NCBI GenBank assembly: GCA_965277285.1 | Contig: OZ255721.1 | Coordinates: forward strand, 2,080,001-2,144,000 | Direction: 5' to 3' | Source of the DNA: Abditibacteriaceae bacterium | Lineage (GTDB): Bacteria; Armatimonadota; Abditibacteriia; Abditibacteriales; Abditibacteriaceae | DNA: 64,000 nucleotides | In this document: one piece after another, positions 50,333 to 59,503 of the stretch | Position numbering within the stretch: the stretch's first letter is position 1 | Layout of the letters: each line of letters begins with the position of its first letter | The notes under the pieces: model-generated | Database searches by the model: none | The model's input: only the letters and a program-made list of their open reading frames with translations | What the model was told of the DNA's origin: nothing | Translations under genes and position numbers: made by a program

Positions 50333-51289
50333 TTATCGAGTACTCGAACGACGATTCTTCAACACATTCAACGCATTGCGTTTGAGGCCACGACGCTTGG
50401 CGCGTTTGAGCGGGCTGCCTTTCAATTTCGGCGAAAGTTCGGTTTGCGGCGACAGCAACATTTCCAGCAAAGTCGGCACTTCTCCGCGCGTCCAAAGTTC
50501 GGGTTCGTCGCTGTATGTCGCACTTTTGCGGTTCCACGGACAAACTTCCTGGCAGACGTCGCAACCGAAAAGCCAGTCGCCGAATTGTTCGCGCAATTCC
50601 TGCGGCGCGCGTTCGCGGTTTTCAATGGTGTGATAGGAAATGCACTTGTTGGCGTTCAAAACATAGGGCGCTTCAAAGGCGTTCGTCGGGCACGCATCCA
50701 GACAGCGCGTGCAACTTCCGCAGAATTGCTCGATGTGCGGACGATCCGGCGGCAATTTCACGCTCAGCAAAATCTCGCCCAGCAGAAAATACGAACCCAA
50801 GTCGCGCGACAAAATCATGGTATTTTTGCCGACCCAGCCCAGTCCCGCACGCTGCGCCAATTCGCGTTCTAAGATCGGGCCAGTATCGACGTAAACGCGA
50901 CCTTCGCACGGCGTTTGTTCCCCAATCCACACTAAAAGTTCGCGCAAACGAGCCGTCATAAACTCGTGATAATCGGTTCCTCGCGCGTAACGGGCGACTT
51001 TGCCATGCGTGGTTTCGTCCCAATCTTCGTTCGTGCGATAGTGCATCGCCACGCAAACGACGCTTTGCGCGCTTTCGAGTACTCGATTGACGCTTTGGCG
51101 TTTCTCCACAACATCTTCGCGCGCGATCCATTTCATGCCCGCAAAAAAACCTTCGGCCAGCCACCGCAAATAATGCGTATGGCTGGCCGAAGGCGCGACA
51201 TCCGCGATTCCGCACGCCGCAAAACCTAATTCTGCGGCGCGAATTTTAATTGCTCGCGCCAGTTCTTCTACAGACTTCGTTTCCGACAT
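50333..51289 (-). CDS. queG: Epoxyqueuosine reductase
   Basis: VARYARGTDYH, VDTGPILER, CGSCTRCLDACPT and FGCDVCQEVCPWN motifs. Confidence 0.95.
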   Translation of the reverse strand: MSETKSVEELARAIKIRAAELGFAACGIADVAPSASHTHYLRWLAEGFFAGMKWIAREDVVEKRQSVNRVLESAQSVVCVAMHYRTNEDWDETTHGKVARYARGTDYHEFMTARLRELLVWIGEQTPCEGRVYVDTGPILERELAQRAGLGWVGKNTMILSRDLGSYFLLGEILLSVKLPPDRPHIEQFCGSCTRCLDACPTNAFEAPYVLNANKCISYHTIENRERAPQELREQFGDWLFGCDVCQEVCPWNRKSATYSDEPELWTRGEVPTLLEMLLSPQTELSPKLKGSPLKRAKRRGLKRNALNVLKNRRSSTR

Positions 51290-51542
51290 AATTCATTTCA
51301 GACGGCGGGTTCGCGCTCTTTTCAATCGGCCAACGCGCGAACTCGATTGAAGAAAGCACAAGCTCCGCCTTAAAATTGTTGGATAAAGTCGAAGTAAATT
51401 TAGCAAACTCGCAGTTTGTCATCCTGAAAGGATTTGGAGAAAGTGGGAGAAGCGCCATCAAAATTACTACTTTGTCATTCTGAGTGCTTCACCGACTTTC
51501 ATCACGCACTCTCATCAAAACGGTCGCGGTTGCGGAAAGTCT

Positions 51543-53312
51543 TTACTGATTAGGCGATTCCGAGGCGTTACTGTCGCCAGAGTCGTTGTCCGAGCCGCTA
51601 CTGAGGTTGATGTCAGCGGTCTCCGGCGTTTCAGTTGTCGATTTCGCAGCCGTTTTTTTCGCACCACCGCGACGACGAGGCGCGCGCTTTTTCGGAGCGG
51701 CAACTTCTGGCGCTTCGGGGTTGCTGTCGGCGGCTTGCGGCGCTTCGGTTGCTTCCGCTGCAAGCGGCTCGACGATTTCCGGCGCAGTCGTTTGCAGAGC
51801 AACCGCTTCGGGCGTGACGGTTTCACCTGTTTCCAGCGGTGCTGCGGAAGTTTCCGTTACGACTTCTCCATTCTCACCTATCGAATTCTCTGCGATTTCA
51901 CCATTCTTCGCGCCGCGACGACGGCGACCACCGCGCGAACCACGTCGCTTGGCTGGTGTCGCCTCGTTGTCGCCACCTTCTGCTGAATCTGCGACAGCCG
52001 CTTCCAAAACACTTTCTTCGGGTAAAACGTCTTGCGGCGTTTGAACCACATCAATCGCTTCTTCGACAGGCGCTGCGTCCGTCAATTGAGTACTCGATTC
52101 ACTTTCCGGCACAATGGAAAGGCTTTCTTGCGCTGATTCTTCCGCAGCGGGAACTTCGCGCGCGACCGACGTGCCGCCTGCTTTGGCGGAAAAGCGCAAA
52201 CGTCCGCGACGCAAACCTGGACGCGAACTGAGTGCGCTCGCAGAAATCGGCGCAATAGGAGCCGCGTTTGGAGTTTCCAACGCTGTGCTCGATTCTGCTT
52301 CTTTCACACTTGGCACAACTTCTTTTGCGTCGATGCGTGGCGTCTCAGCTTTGTCGTTCGCACTCTGCGCGCGATTGCGGTCGCGCCCGCCACGCGACGA
52401 TTCTCGCTTTTCGCTTTCGCGCTTTTCACCGCGCCCGCTCTGCGCGTTTCCATTGGAGCCGTTAGTGTTGGAACCGCTGGCAGCGCTGCCATTCAAATCG
52501 CGCCCAGTGGTTTCGTTAGCGCCATTTCCAGTACTCGAAACCGAAGTTTTGGAAGCATCGCGGCTGTTTTTTTCGGGCAACAAAACGTCGTGTTCGCCCG
52601 CGTTGCCAGCGCGTTCTGCGACTTGTGCGATCCCAGCACGTGCCGCTTTATCCAAAAACTGCTTGAACTGATAGCAGCCGAATGTTCTTTCGGAAAACGC
52701 TGGATTGAGCTGCAACATCATCTGCTTGACCGTGCTGGAGCGGCTGTCCATGCCGCGCTCGTTCAGTGTGTTGATGGCGCGCTCCAGTAAATGAAACGAA
52801 CCTTCGAGCGTGCTGGCGTCTTCGGTCGCGCCGACGCTTTCGGCCAGCAGATTTTCATACGCCAGATATTCGTTGCAGTTGCGACGAACCAGGTCGCTGG
52901 TGAATTTGTTGCCCGCGATGACGATGACGTTTTTGCCCAGCAGTTGCAGGCGCTTGATGAGAGGCAGGAAATCGCTGTCGCCTGACACCAGGCAAAACGT
53001 ATCGATGTGCGTGTGCGCGGCGGCGATGTCGAGTCCGTCGATGACAATGCGGATATCAGCGGAGTTCTTGATGAGAGGCCCGAAAACCGGCGTTTCAACC
53101 AGCTCGATTCCTTGTTCCATCAGTTTGCGGCGGTGCCGGTGATGGCGGTACCAATCACCGTAAGCGCGTCCCATGACGACTACGCCGCGCGAACGCAGCA
53201 CATTGACCACGAGTTCGACATCGAACCCGGGATCTTCCACGCCTAAAATCACGTTGTCGAAGTCGATCAGCAACGCGATCTTGGTGCCTTGAAGACCTTG
53301 CATCGTTTCCAA
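51543..53312 (-). CDS. NYN-domain protein with OST-HTH/LOTUS domain and long disordered C-terminus
   Basis: IDFDNV, AYGDW, KNSADI, VSGDSDF and FSERTFG motifs. Confidence 0.88.
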   Translation of the reverse strand: METMQGLQGTKIALLIDFDNVILGVEDPGFDVELVVNVLRSRGVVVMGRAYGDWYRHHRHRRKLMEQGIELVETPVFGPLIKNSADIRIVIDGLDIAAAHTHIDTFCLVSGDSDFLPLIKRLQLLGKNVIVIAGNKFTSDLVRRNCNEYLAYENLLAESVGATEDASTLEGSFHLLERAINTLNERGMDSRSSTVKQMMLQLNPAFSERTFGCYQFKQFLDKAARAGIAQVAERAGNAGEHDVLLPEKNSRDASKTSVSSTGNGANETTGRDLNGSAASGSNTNGSNGNAQSGRGEKRESEKRESSRGGRDRNRAQSANDKAETPRIDAKEVVPSVKEAESSTALETPNAAPIAPISASALSSRPGLRRGRLRFSAKAGGTSVAREVPAAEESAQESLSIVPESESSTQLTDAAPVEEAIDVVQTPQDVLPEESVLEAAVADSAEGGDNEATPAKRRGSRGGRRRRGAKNGEIAENSIGENGEVVTETSAAPLETGETVTPEAVALQTTAPEIVEPLAAEATEAPQAADSNPEAPEVAAPKKRAPRRRGGAKKTAAKSTTETPETADINLSSGSDNDSGDSNASESPNQ

Positions 53313-53696
53313 ATTGTCGTGTCCTTGTTCCTGAAGCGCGCGGCTTTGAAATAATGAAAGCCTCGATGCGCACCGCTATAAAAATCTTCGGCGCTCAGGC
53401 GAAACAACCTTCGAGTTCCTACCATTGAGCACTCGAAAAGGTTTCGCCAGCAGCCGGAAAGAAGAGCGTTTAAGGATTTGTGCGCGCAGAAATTGCGGCG
53501 CAAAAGAAGGAAAACGCCTGGCGGTGCGCGGTGAAGCCGTTGGATAAACCCATCCAAAAGACGCCGCGCGCTCGTATATTTGGCGGGAAGTGTAGCACAA
53601 ACCACAAATGTGCCGTCAATCGAGGACTCGAATCGCGCCAACACAAACGAAAACGGCGCCACGCTTTTCGCATGACGCCGCTTTTATTCTTCGACT

Positions 53697-55520
53697 TTAC
53701 GTTCCCGCAACCGGATCATCAATGTGACGGACAACGTGCGCAGTAACGAAAATTATCAACTCGGTCTCTTGGTTGACTTTATAGGAACTGCGGAACAGTC
53801 GTCCTATTAGAGGTAGGTCGCCCAGAATAGGGATTTTGCCTTTAGAGTTCACAAGTTCCGTCATGCGTAAACCACCGATAGCCAACGTATCTCCGTCCTT
53901 GATGTTGGCCGATGTGTTGATCTGCTGCAGACTTGATGTAGTGACAAGCCCGGTGGTTACGCCGCTGGTATAAACCTGTGGCTGAAGGCTTATGGTGATC
54001 GTCCCATCACGATTGATCGTGGGAATCACGGTCAATGTGGTGCCACTAAAAACAGTCAGGAAGCTTGTTGACGTGCTCTGAGTTGGATTTCCATTTACAT
54101 TGGTAATAACCGTTGTATTAACGATTGGAACAGATGTTGACGAATTGGAAGTCAGCTGGGCTGTCAAATTATTGAATGTCGTGACTCGAGGTGCCTGAAG
54201 AGTACGAGCGACGCCTGCTGTCTCTGCCGCCTGCAAGACAGCCTGTACATTTCCACGCGTGACACCAACATTAACCTGCGATGTACCCAGCGTTGTCACT
54301 GAAGTCGAGCCTGAAGTTGGGTCGATAGAACTCGTGACCGTGTTATTATTAGCCGTATTACGGGACGTAAAGCTCAACGCAAAGAGTTTACTTGCGGTGG
54401 AATTAACTGAAACAAACTGCGCCTCGATCTCAACCTGAGGAACAGGACGATCGAGAAAACCAATAATCTCGCGGATTCGATCAATGCCCTCATCCGTACC
54501 ACGCACCAGCAAAACATTTTGCGCATCAACTGCAATAAGGTTGTCAACACCTTGCGGTAAAGCCACAGTGTAAGCACTGGAAGGAAGAACATCGTGATTA
54601 CCTCCACCACTGCTACCACCGCTACTACTACCACCGCCATTGCCCGAGCCACCGGTCCCTCCAAATTGACCATTGGATTGAGTGTAAGGATTAAACGGTA
54701 AATAGCCAGAGCCCGGTTGTGCCCAGGTAGGTGCCTGTCCAGGTGAACCAGGCCTTACGAGATTGTTCGCCGCTGGGACAGTTGTGAGCTGTGGCTTCGT
54801 ATATTCATCACCTGAACGTTGCGCTATCTCTTGAGACTTCTGGAATTCAAGAGGAACTGTCTGGTGCGATGGGTCAAGCCAGTAGGCCATGATACTGGGT
54901 TTGACATTTCTTAGCGCTACACTTGCCGTAGTAGAAAGGTCATCCTGAGTTTTAGGAGATGGCTTTAGCAACTCCATGCCCTGATCGGAATCATCCGGGA
55001 CTGCATTTGGCGCTACAGCATTGGAGTCAGCCGTTGTTCCAGAATTTGGAGTAACTGAACCGGAACTGTCGGGCAATGCGGCCTTACCGACCAGGTAGGT
55101 ACGCGTATCCATCTTTTTCCACGGCACCCCCGCAGATTGGGCGACCATACGAATTGCTTGATCCGCTGTCTTGTCCGTAAGATGAACACTTTTCAACGTG
55201 CCCGTCACATCTTCGCCAATCACGATGTCGACATTACCCTCGCGCCCGATCATAGTAAGAATATCAGACACAGGCGCCTTAGAAAAATCCAGGGTGATCA
55301 AGGCACTGCTTTGCGCAGAAGGAGTAAGAGCAGCCTCTGAGATCGAAATCGGAGATGTAGTTGTTGTTGCTTCTGCTGCAACAACTCGTGAAACCAAGGC
55401 AGGGGTTCCAAGTGCTGAGGCGAGGAAACATGCGCTTATCCAACGGCTCTTTCTCTTTATGCTATAGGGATGGTACATATGATTTGATGCCCTTAATTCG
55501 AGTCGCATTGTCTTTCCCAA
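53697..55520 (-). CDS. Secretin (PilQ/GspD family)
   Basis: N-terminal STN-like domain, LDRPVPQVEIEAQFV, and IPILGDLPLIGRLF...ELIIFVT. Confidence 0.9.
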   Translation of the reverse strand: MGKTMRLELRASNHMYHPYSIKRKSRWISACFLASALGTPALVSRVVAAEATTTTSPISISEAALTPSAQSSALITLDFSKAPVSDILTMIGREGNVDIVIGEDVTGTLKSVHLTDKTADQAIRMVAQSAGVPWKKMDTRTYLVGKAALPDSSGSVTPNSGTTADSNAVAPNAVPDDSDQGMELLKPSPKTQDDLSTTASVALRNVKPSIMAYWLDPSHQTVPLEFQKSQEIAQRSGDEYTKPQLTTVPAANNLVRPGSPGQAPTWAQPGSGYLPFNPYTQSNGQFGGTGGSGNGGGSSSGGSSGGGNHDVLPSSAYTVALPQGVDNLIAVDAQNVLLVRGTDEGIDRIREIIGFLDRPVPQVEIEAQFVSVNSTASKLFALSFTSRNTANNNTVTSSIDPTSGSTSVTTLGTSQVNVGVTRGNVQAVLQAAETAGVARTLQAPRVTTFNNLTAQLTSNSSTSVPIVNTTVITNVNGNPTQSTSTSFLTVFSGTTLTVIPTINRDGTITISLQPQVYTSGVTTGLVTTSSLQQINTSANIKDGDTLAIGGLRMTELVNSKGKIPILGDLPLIGRLFRSSYKVNQETELIIFVTAHVVRHIDDPVAGT

Positions 55521-55571
55521 AGGACAAACAGAAAAGAGGTGACTCGATAGTCCTTTGTGGTAGTTCTAAAA

Positions 55572-56396
55572 CTAACGACTTGTTGATGTGCCGCCCGTTG
55601 ATGTGCCGCCTGTTGAGGTACCACCCGTTGAGCTACCGCCTGTTGACCCTCCACCAGACGATAGGCTTGAAGTACCATTCTGAGACTGAGGCGAGGTCAA
55701 CTGTCCACCTGTGCGGAGAGAAAAGCCAGCAGAAGGCACAATGAATGATTCCGTAGTAGCTTCTGTTGCGCCTTGAAAAAACAGAGCAATAGCTCCAACA
55801 TAAATATGCAGAGGTTCGATGATCGACCATGGGTTGTTACTATCGACCGCAATTGGCTTAGTCAGCGTAGAATTGCCACCTGCTCCACCGCCCTGCCCCC
55901 CTTGTCCTCCACCGCCACCAAACTGGCGACTCGAGCGCGTTTCAACCGAGAATCTTATTGGAGCAGCGCCTTTAGCGACAGCGGCAAAATCACGCATCTG
56001 AAAGTTGCTCGATGTCACAAGGCCAAAACCGGTGTTCCTTGTCGTGGCAGTGGAACGAGGATCAACGATCCACAACCCGTTTTCGCGGCGGAAGCGAAAC
56101 TTGTTCAAATTGGCCAGAGAACGCACGATGTCGCGCCACTCTTGATCTTTGAACGAAACCGAACCGATGCGCACTTGGCTCGCGGCAGGATCAATGACGT
56201 GTGAAGGATTCCCTGCCGCCTGAAACACCAGTTCAAGTGCATCGCGCAAGGTCGCATCTTTCAAGTCCACGGAGAATCGAGTACTCGAGGGGGCAGAGGC
56301 TGCCTGAGCCGAGGCACTTTGCGCACCGCTCAGCATAGCTGTGCCAGCAAAAGCCGTTAGGGCGACCCAAGTCTTGATGTTCATTACTTTTTTCAT
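55572..56396 (-). CDS. Exported protein with secretin-N/STN-like domain and Gly/Ser/Thr-rich tail
   Basis: Signal peptide, SVDLKDATLRDALELVF, and GGTST repeats. Confidence 0.65.
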   Translation of the reverse strand: MKKVMNIKTWVALTAFAGTAMLSGAQSASAQAASAPSSTRFSVDLKDATLRDALELVFQAAGNPSHVIDPAASQVRIGSVSFKDQEWRDIVRSLANLNKFRFRRENGLWIVDPRSTATTRNTGFGLVTSSNFQMRDFAAVAKGAAPIRFSVETRSSRQFGGGGGQGGQGGGAGGNSTLTKPIAVDSNNPWSIIEPLHIYVGAIALFFQGATEATTESFIVPSAGFSLRTGGQLTSPQSQNGTSSLSSGGGSTGGSSTGGTSTGGTSTGGTSTSR

Positions 56397-56564
56397 AAAA
56401 ACCTCCAGCGTCTTCGGCGCTCGACATGTCTCACTTAAAAAACGACCATACAGCACGTTAATTGAATCACAAGCAGTGGGGAAAGTGCGCTTATTTTAGC
56501 TTAAGCGAAGTCAATCCGCAAGAGCTTGCGCGACATTAAACATTTCGTCTTTTCCACTTTCCTA

Positions 56565-57428
56565 TCAGCTTCCTGGTCCCAGATCGAAATACTCTTCTTG
56601 GCCGTTTTCGCTGGCTGTGACGCGAACAACCGATTGCTCGCCTGCCCGCACACGTTGAATGCTCAGAATCTTCATGCCGCCGACTTCATCGCCGGGCTGC
56701 ACAATCTTGGAAACGGTTTGCCCATTTTCCTGGTATTCAATCAAAGCACGGATGGTATCGCCCATGATAACGCCTGCCACGCGCTTACCAGTCGCGTTCG
56801 TTGCCTCAGTTTGTGCACCTGGCTCACCTACGGTCAAACCACCAACTTGCGGCAAGGGCGGTGGTTCTGTGCGTTGCGTCCCGCCAAAGATCGTGGCGGG
56901 CGGCAAATAAAGCGTTGTCGAAGCAACGTTCGTTTGGGATCCCAAAGCAAACGCGTTCGATGGCAATCCTGCGCCCGAACCCAGAGAAGGCGGCGAGAAG
57001 GGTGGGAGAGAAATTGGTACCGCCTCGCGGACGATCTGACGTATCGGCGGCGGTGTTGGTGTTGGCGGAAGCGCTGACAGTGTTACCGGCATAAACGGGT
57101 TGGCGCGAGTTCGGCCAATACCTGGAATCTGCGGCGTCAAAGTCGCGGGGTTGGTTGTTGCCGCGCCTGCAGACGGCGCCGTGACAGAAGCAGCCGTTGT
57201 GCCGAAATTCGCGCCACCAGGGACGGGAGGCATAACTGGCGCAACCGGGCCGCCTGGACGAATTGGCGAATAACCAACCGAGTTGCCGATTGCCGAACTT
57301 GTGGTTGTAGAAGTATTACCGCCGCCAAAAGGATGCAGAAGAACGACTGCTACCACGCCGAGAACACCCAGTAGGCCGCCTAAAATGTAAATTTTCTTTT
57401 TGTCATCCGCACCGAGCGTGATCGCCAT
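56565..57428 (-). CDS. Pro-rich membrane-anchored protein in the PilP position
   Basis: N-terminal TM, RANPF, and a C-terminal VAGVIMG...VQPGDEVGG PilP/GspC-like domain. Confidence 0.55.
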   Translation of the reverse strand: MAITLGADDKKKIYILGGLLGVLGVVAVVLLHPFGGGNTSTTTSSAIGNSVGYSPIRPGGPVAPVMPPVPGGANFGTTAASVTAPSAGAATTNPATLTPQIPGIGRTRANPFMPVTLSALPPTPTPPPIRQIVREAVPISLPPFSPPSLGSGAGLPSNAFALGSQTNVASTTLYLPPATIFGGTQRTEPPPLPQVGGLTVGEPGAQTEATNATGKRVAGVIMGDTIRALIEYQENGQTVSKIVQPGDEVGGMKILSIQRVRAGEQSVVRVTASENGQEEYFDLGPGS

Positions 57429-57612
57429 AAGCTCACCCTTCCATCAAATTCATCATGAAGCCATGCTACTTGTTATAGCCCGGGTAAGTCAGAGGGATTA
57501 GCCGCACTTGTGACTCATCCCGTTTCTCAACCTTTATTGCGCACAGTCCCACTTTGTGCAATATGGGCGACATCGAGTACTCGAACCTTCGCTATAACAT
57601 CCTCATGAAACT

Positions 57613-58536
57613 TCAACCATTGTTAGTAGGAGCGCGCAGAGCACTGGCCGTAACCATGCTTGCTGATCCAGAAGCGCTGCTACTTGAAGCAAATCCCGAA
57701 CTCGGAGAACCTGGAAAAGGTGCTCCCGGCCCGGCCGCCAGCAAATACGGTGTCAAGGTGAAAGTTGCACGCACAGTTCCAGGCTGCCCAGCCTCAGTAT
57801 CCAACTTGATCGTACCAACTTTGACCAGCGTCGCATTGTTGTTTAACGAATTAAAGTAACGCAAAATATTCGGTAGTGGTCCGGTCACCGTTACGCTCAT
57901 TGAGCCGCCGCCACTCGCCGCCGCCCCACCCGAACCACTTGGGGCGCTGCTTGGCAGGCTCGAGCCACCTGAGTAGCTACTTGGCAAACTTGGACCACTC
58001 GGAGAGGCAGTAGCGGCTCCACCACCCGAAAGCGGCTTCAACAGACCAGTTGCTGGCGGAGCCACGTCTTCTGGCTTGTTCGGCGGTGGAACCACGGAAA
58101 TTGAAGAAGCAATGTGAACGCCACTGGTTGTGGCATAATCCTGCAATTCTTTCTTTAATGCCGGGCCATAGCCGTTGTAATAATAGTTCATCCAGTAGCG
58201 CCAAATGGCTTCACGATTGCCTTTCTGAATCGGCGTTTCCGTCGCATAATCTTGACCGAGGTCGGCAAAATATAAATTACGATAACGCTGCCGCACAAAG
58301 TCGAATTGGCCATTGACATACTGCAACTGATCTTCCGCTTTTTTTTGATCGCTCAGCGCTTGCGACAAACCTTGAGCGACCGCGAGCCGGCTTTGATATT
58401 GAGTACTTGAACGTGCCAGCAGAGCCTGCTGAGGCCGCACCAACGCAAAGTACCAAGCCGAGACCAGAGCAATGATCAAAAAAATCGTTGCCCCCAACAA
58501 AATTAAAGTGTTTTGCCTTATACGACTTTCTTTCAC
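57613..58536 (-). CDS. PilO-like type IV pilus assembly protein
   Basis: TM helix plus coiled coil and MSVTVTGPLPNILRYFNSL, located after the PilN-like gene. Confidence 0.6.
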   Translation of the reverse strand: MKESRIRQNTLILLGATIFLIIALVSAWYFALVRPQQALLARSSTQYQSRLAVAQGLSQALSDQKKAEDQLQYVNGQFDFVRQRYRNLYFADLGQDYATETPIQKGNREAIWRYWMNYYYNGYGPALKKELQDYATTSGVHIASSISVVPPPNKPEDVAPPATGLLKPLSGGGAATASPSGPSLPSSYSGGSSLPSSAPSGSGGAAASGGGSMSVTVTGPLPNILRYFNSLNNNATLVKVGTIKLDTEAGQPGTVRATFTLTPYLLAAGPGAPFPGSPSSGFASSSSASGSASMVTASALRAPTNNG

Positions 58537-58666
58537 AGGAAATCCTCAATTTGAAAGCAGTCAATGGTAGCCCGCTTTCTACAAGACTTTTATGCCAGAA
58601 GAATCCAAACTAATTCACGTCTCGTCTTGGCCAAAAAAAGTAATCTATCAATATCAGCGGCTCGTT

Positions 58667-59434
58667 TTAGCCTGGTGCAGCAGCAGGAGGCGTTTGCCCC
58701 GAAACAGGCGGCGCGCCCGGACCTCCTGGACCACCAGCCCTACTTAAGCCACCCGCGCTACTGCTTGACGTCGCACTACTTGCCGCGCCCGGATCAGAGG
58801 GCACGATGATATTATCCTTCAATTTACCAATTACAGTCATCGTAATCGGATAAGTCACGATTTGTGGCACTGTCGTGCGCTGGGGAGTTACAAAGGGCTG
58901 TGTAAAGCCGTTACCTGGCAGCGTATTTGTAGGCAATACGGCAAATGATCTCGGATCATCGGCGAAAAGTTGGCCTCCGCGCGTCGCGCTACCCGCACGG
59001 AGATTTAACAAAAACCGCGCGTAGTCATTTGGGCTTTTCAAAGTCGCCGTAATTTTTGCTGTCTGCCCATCTGACATATCGATCTGGCTAATCACGGCGT
59101 CGGGGGAAATGTAACGTCCCACCAAGTCCAACAACGCCGCACGTTGCGCACCTGTCTGGCTGGCACTCACTACAAATTGCACGAAGCTTTGTTTGGGAGC
59201 CGCCTCGGCTACAACTACCGCTGTCGCTGCTTTCGACGTCTCCGTCATAGTGGCGACCGTATTGGCTTCGATGGCCTGCGCTTGCATAGTCGTCAATGAT
59301 TGCTTCCCATGCAAATAGATGAGCGTCAAAAGGAGCGCCGTTCCCAGGAGCAAGGTGACCGCTCCTGCTAAGAACGCTCGAAAGCGCCGTTCCAAAGCCA
59401 CATAAGGTGGCATCAAATCAATTTTAATGGACAT
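58667..59434 (-). CDS. PilN-like type IV pilus assembly protein
   Basis: N-terminal IKIDLMP (INLLP-like) followed by a TM helix, directly after pilM. Confidence 0.7.
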   Translation of the reverse strand: MSIKIDLMPPYVALERRFRAFLAGAVTLLLGTALLLTLIYLHGKQSLTTMQAQAIEANTVATMTETSKAATAVVVAEAAPKQSFVQFVVSASQTGAQRAALLDLVGRYISPDAVISQIDMSDGQTAKITATLKSPNDYARFLLNLRAGSATRGGQLFADDPRSFAVLPTNTLPGNGFTQPFVTPQRTTVPQIVTYPITMTVIGKLKDNIIVPSDPGAASSATSSSSAGGLSRAGGPGGPGAPPVSGQTPPAAAPG

Positions 59435-59503
59435 AGTTCAGTAAAAACGAATCGAGTACTCGATTCCGCTTTATTAACGTCTCGCACGTTCAACTTATCA
59501 CGT

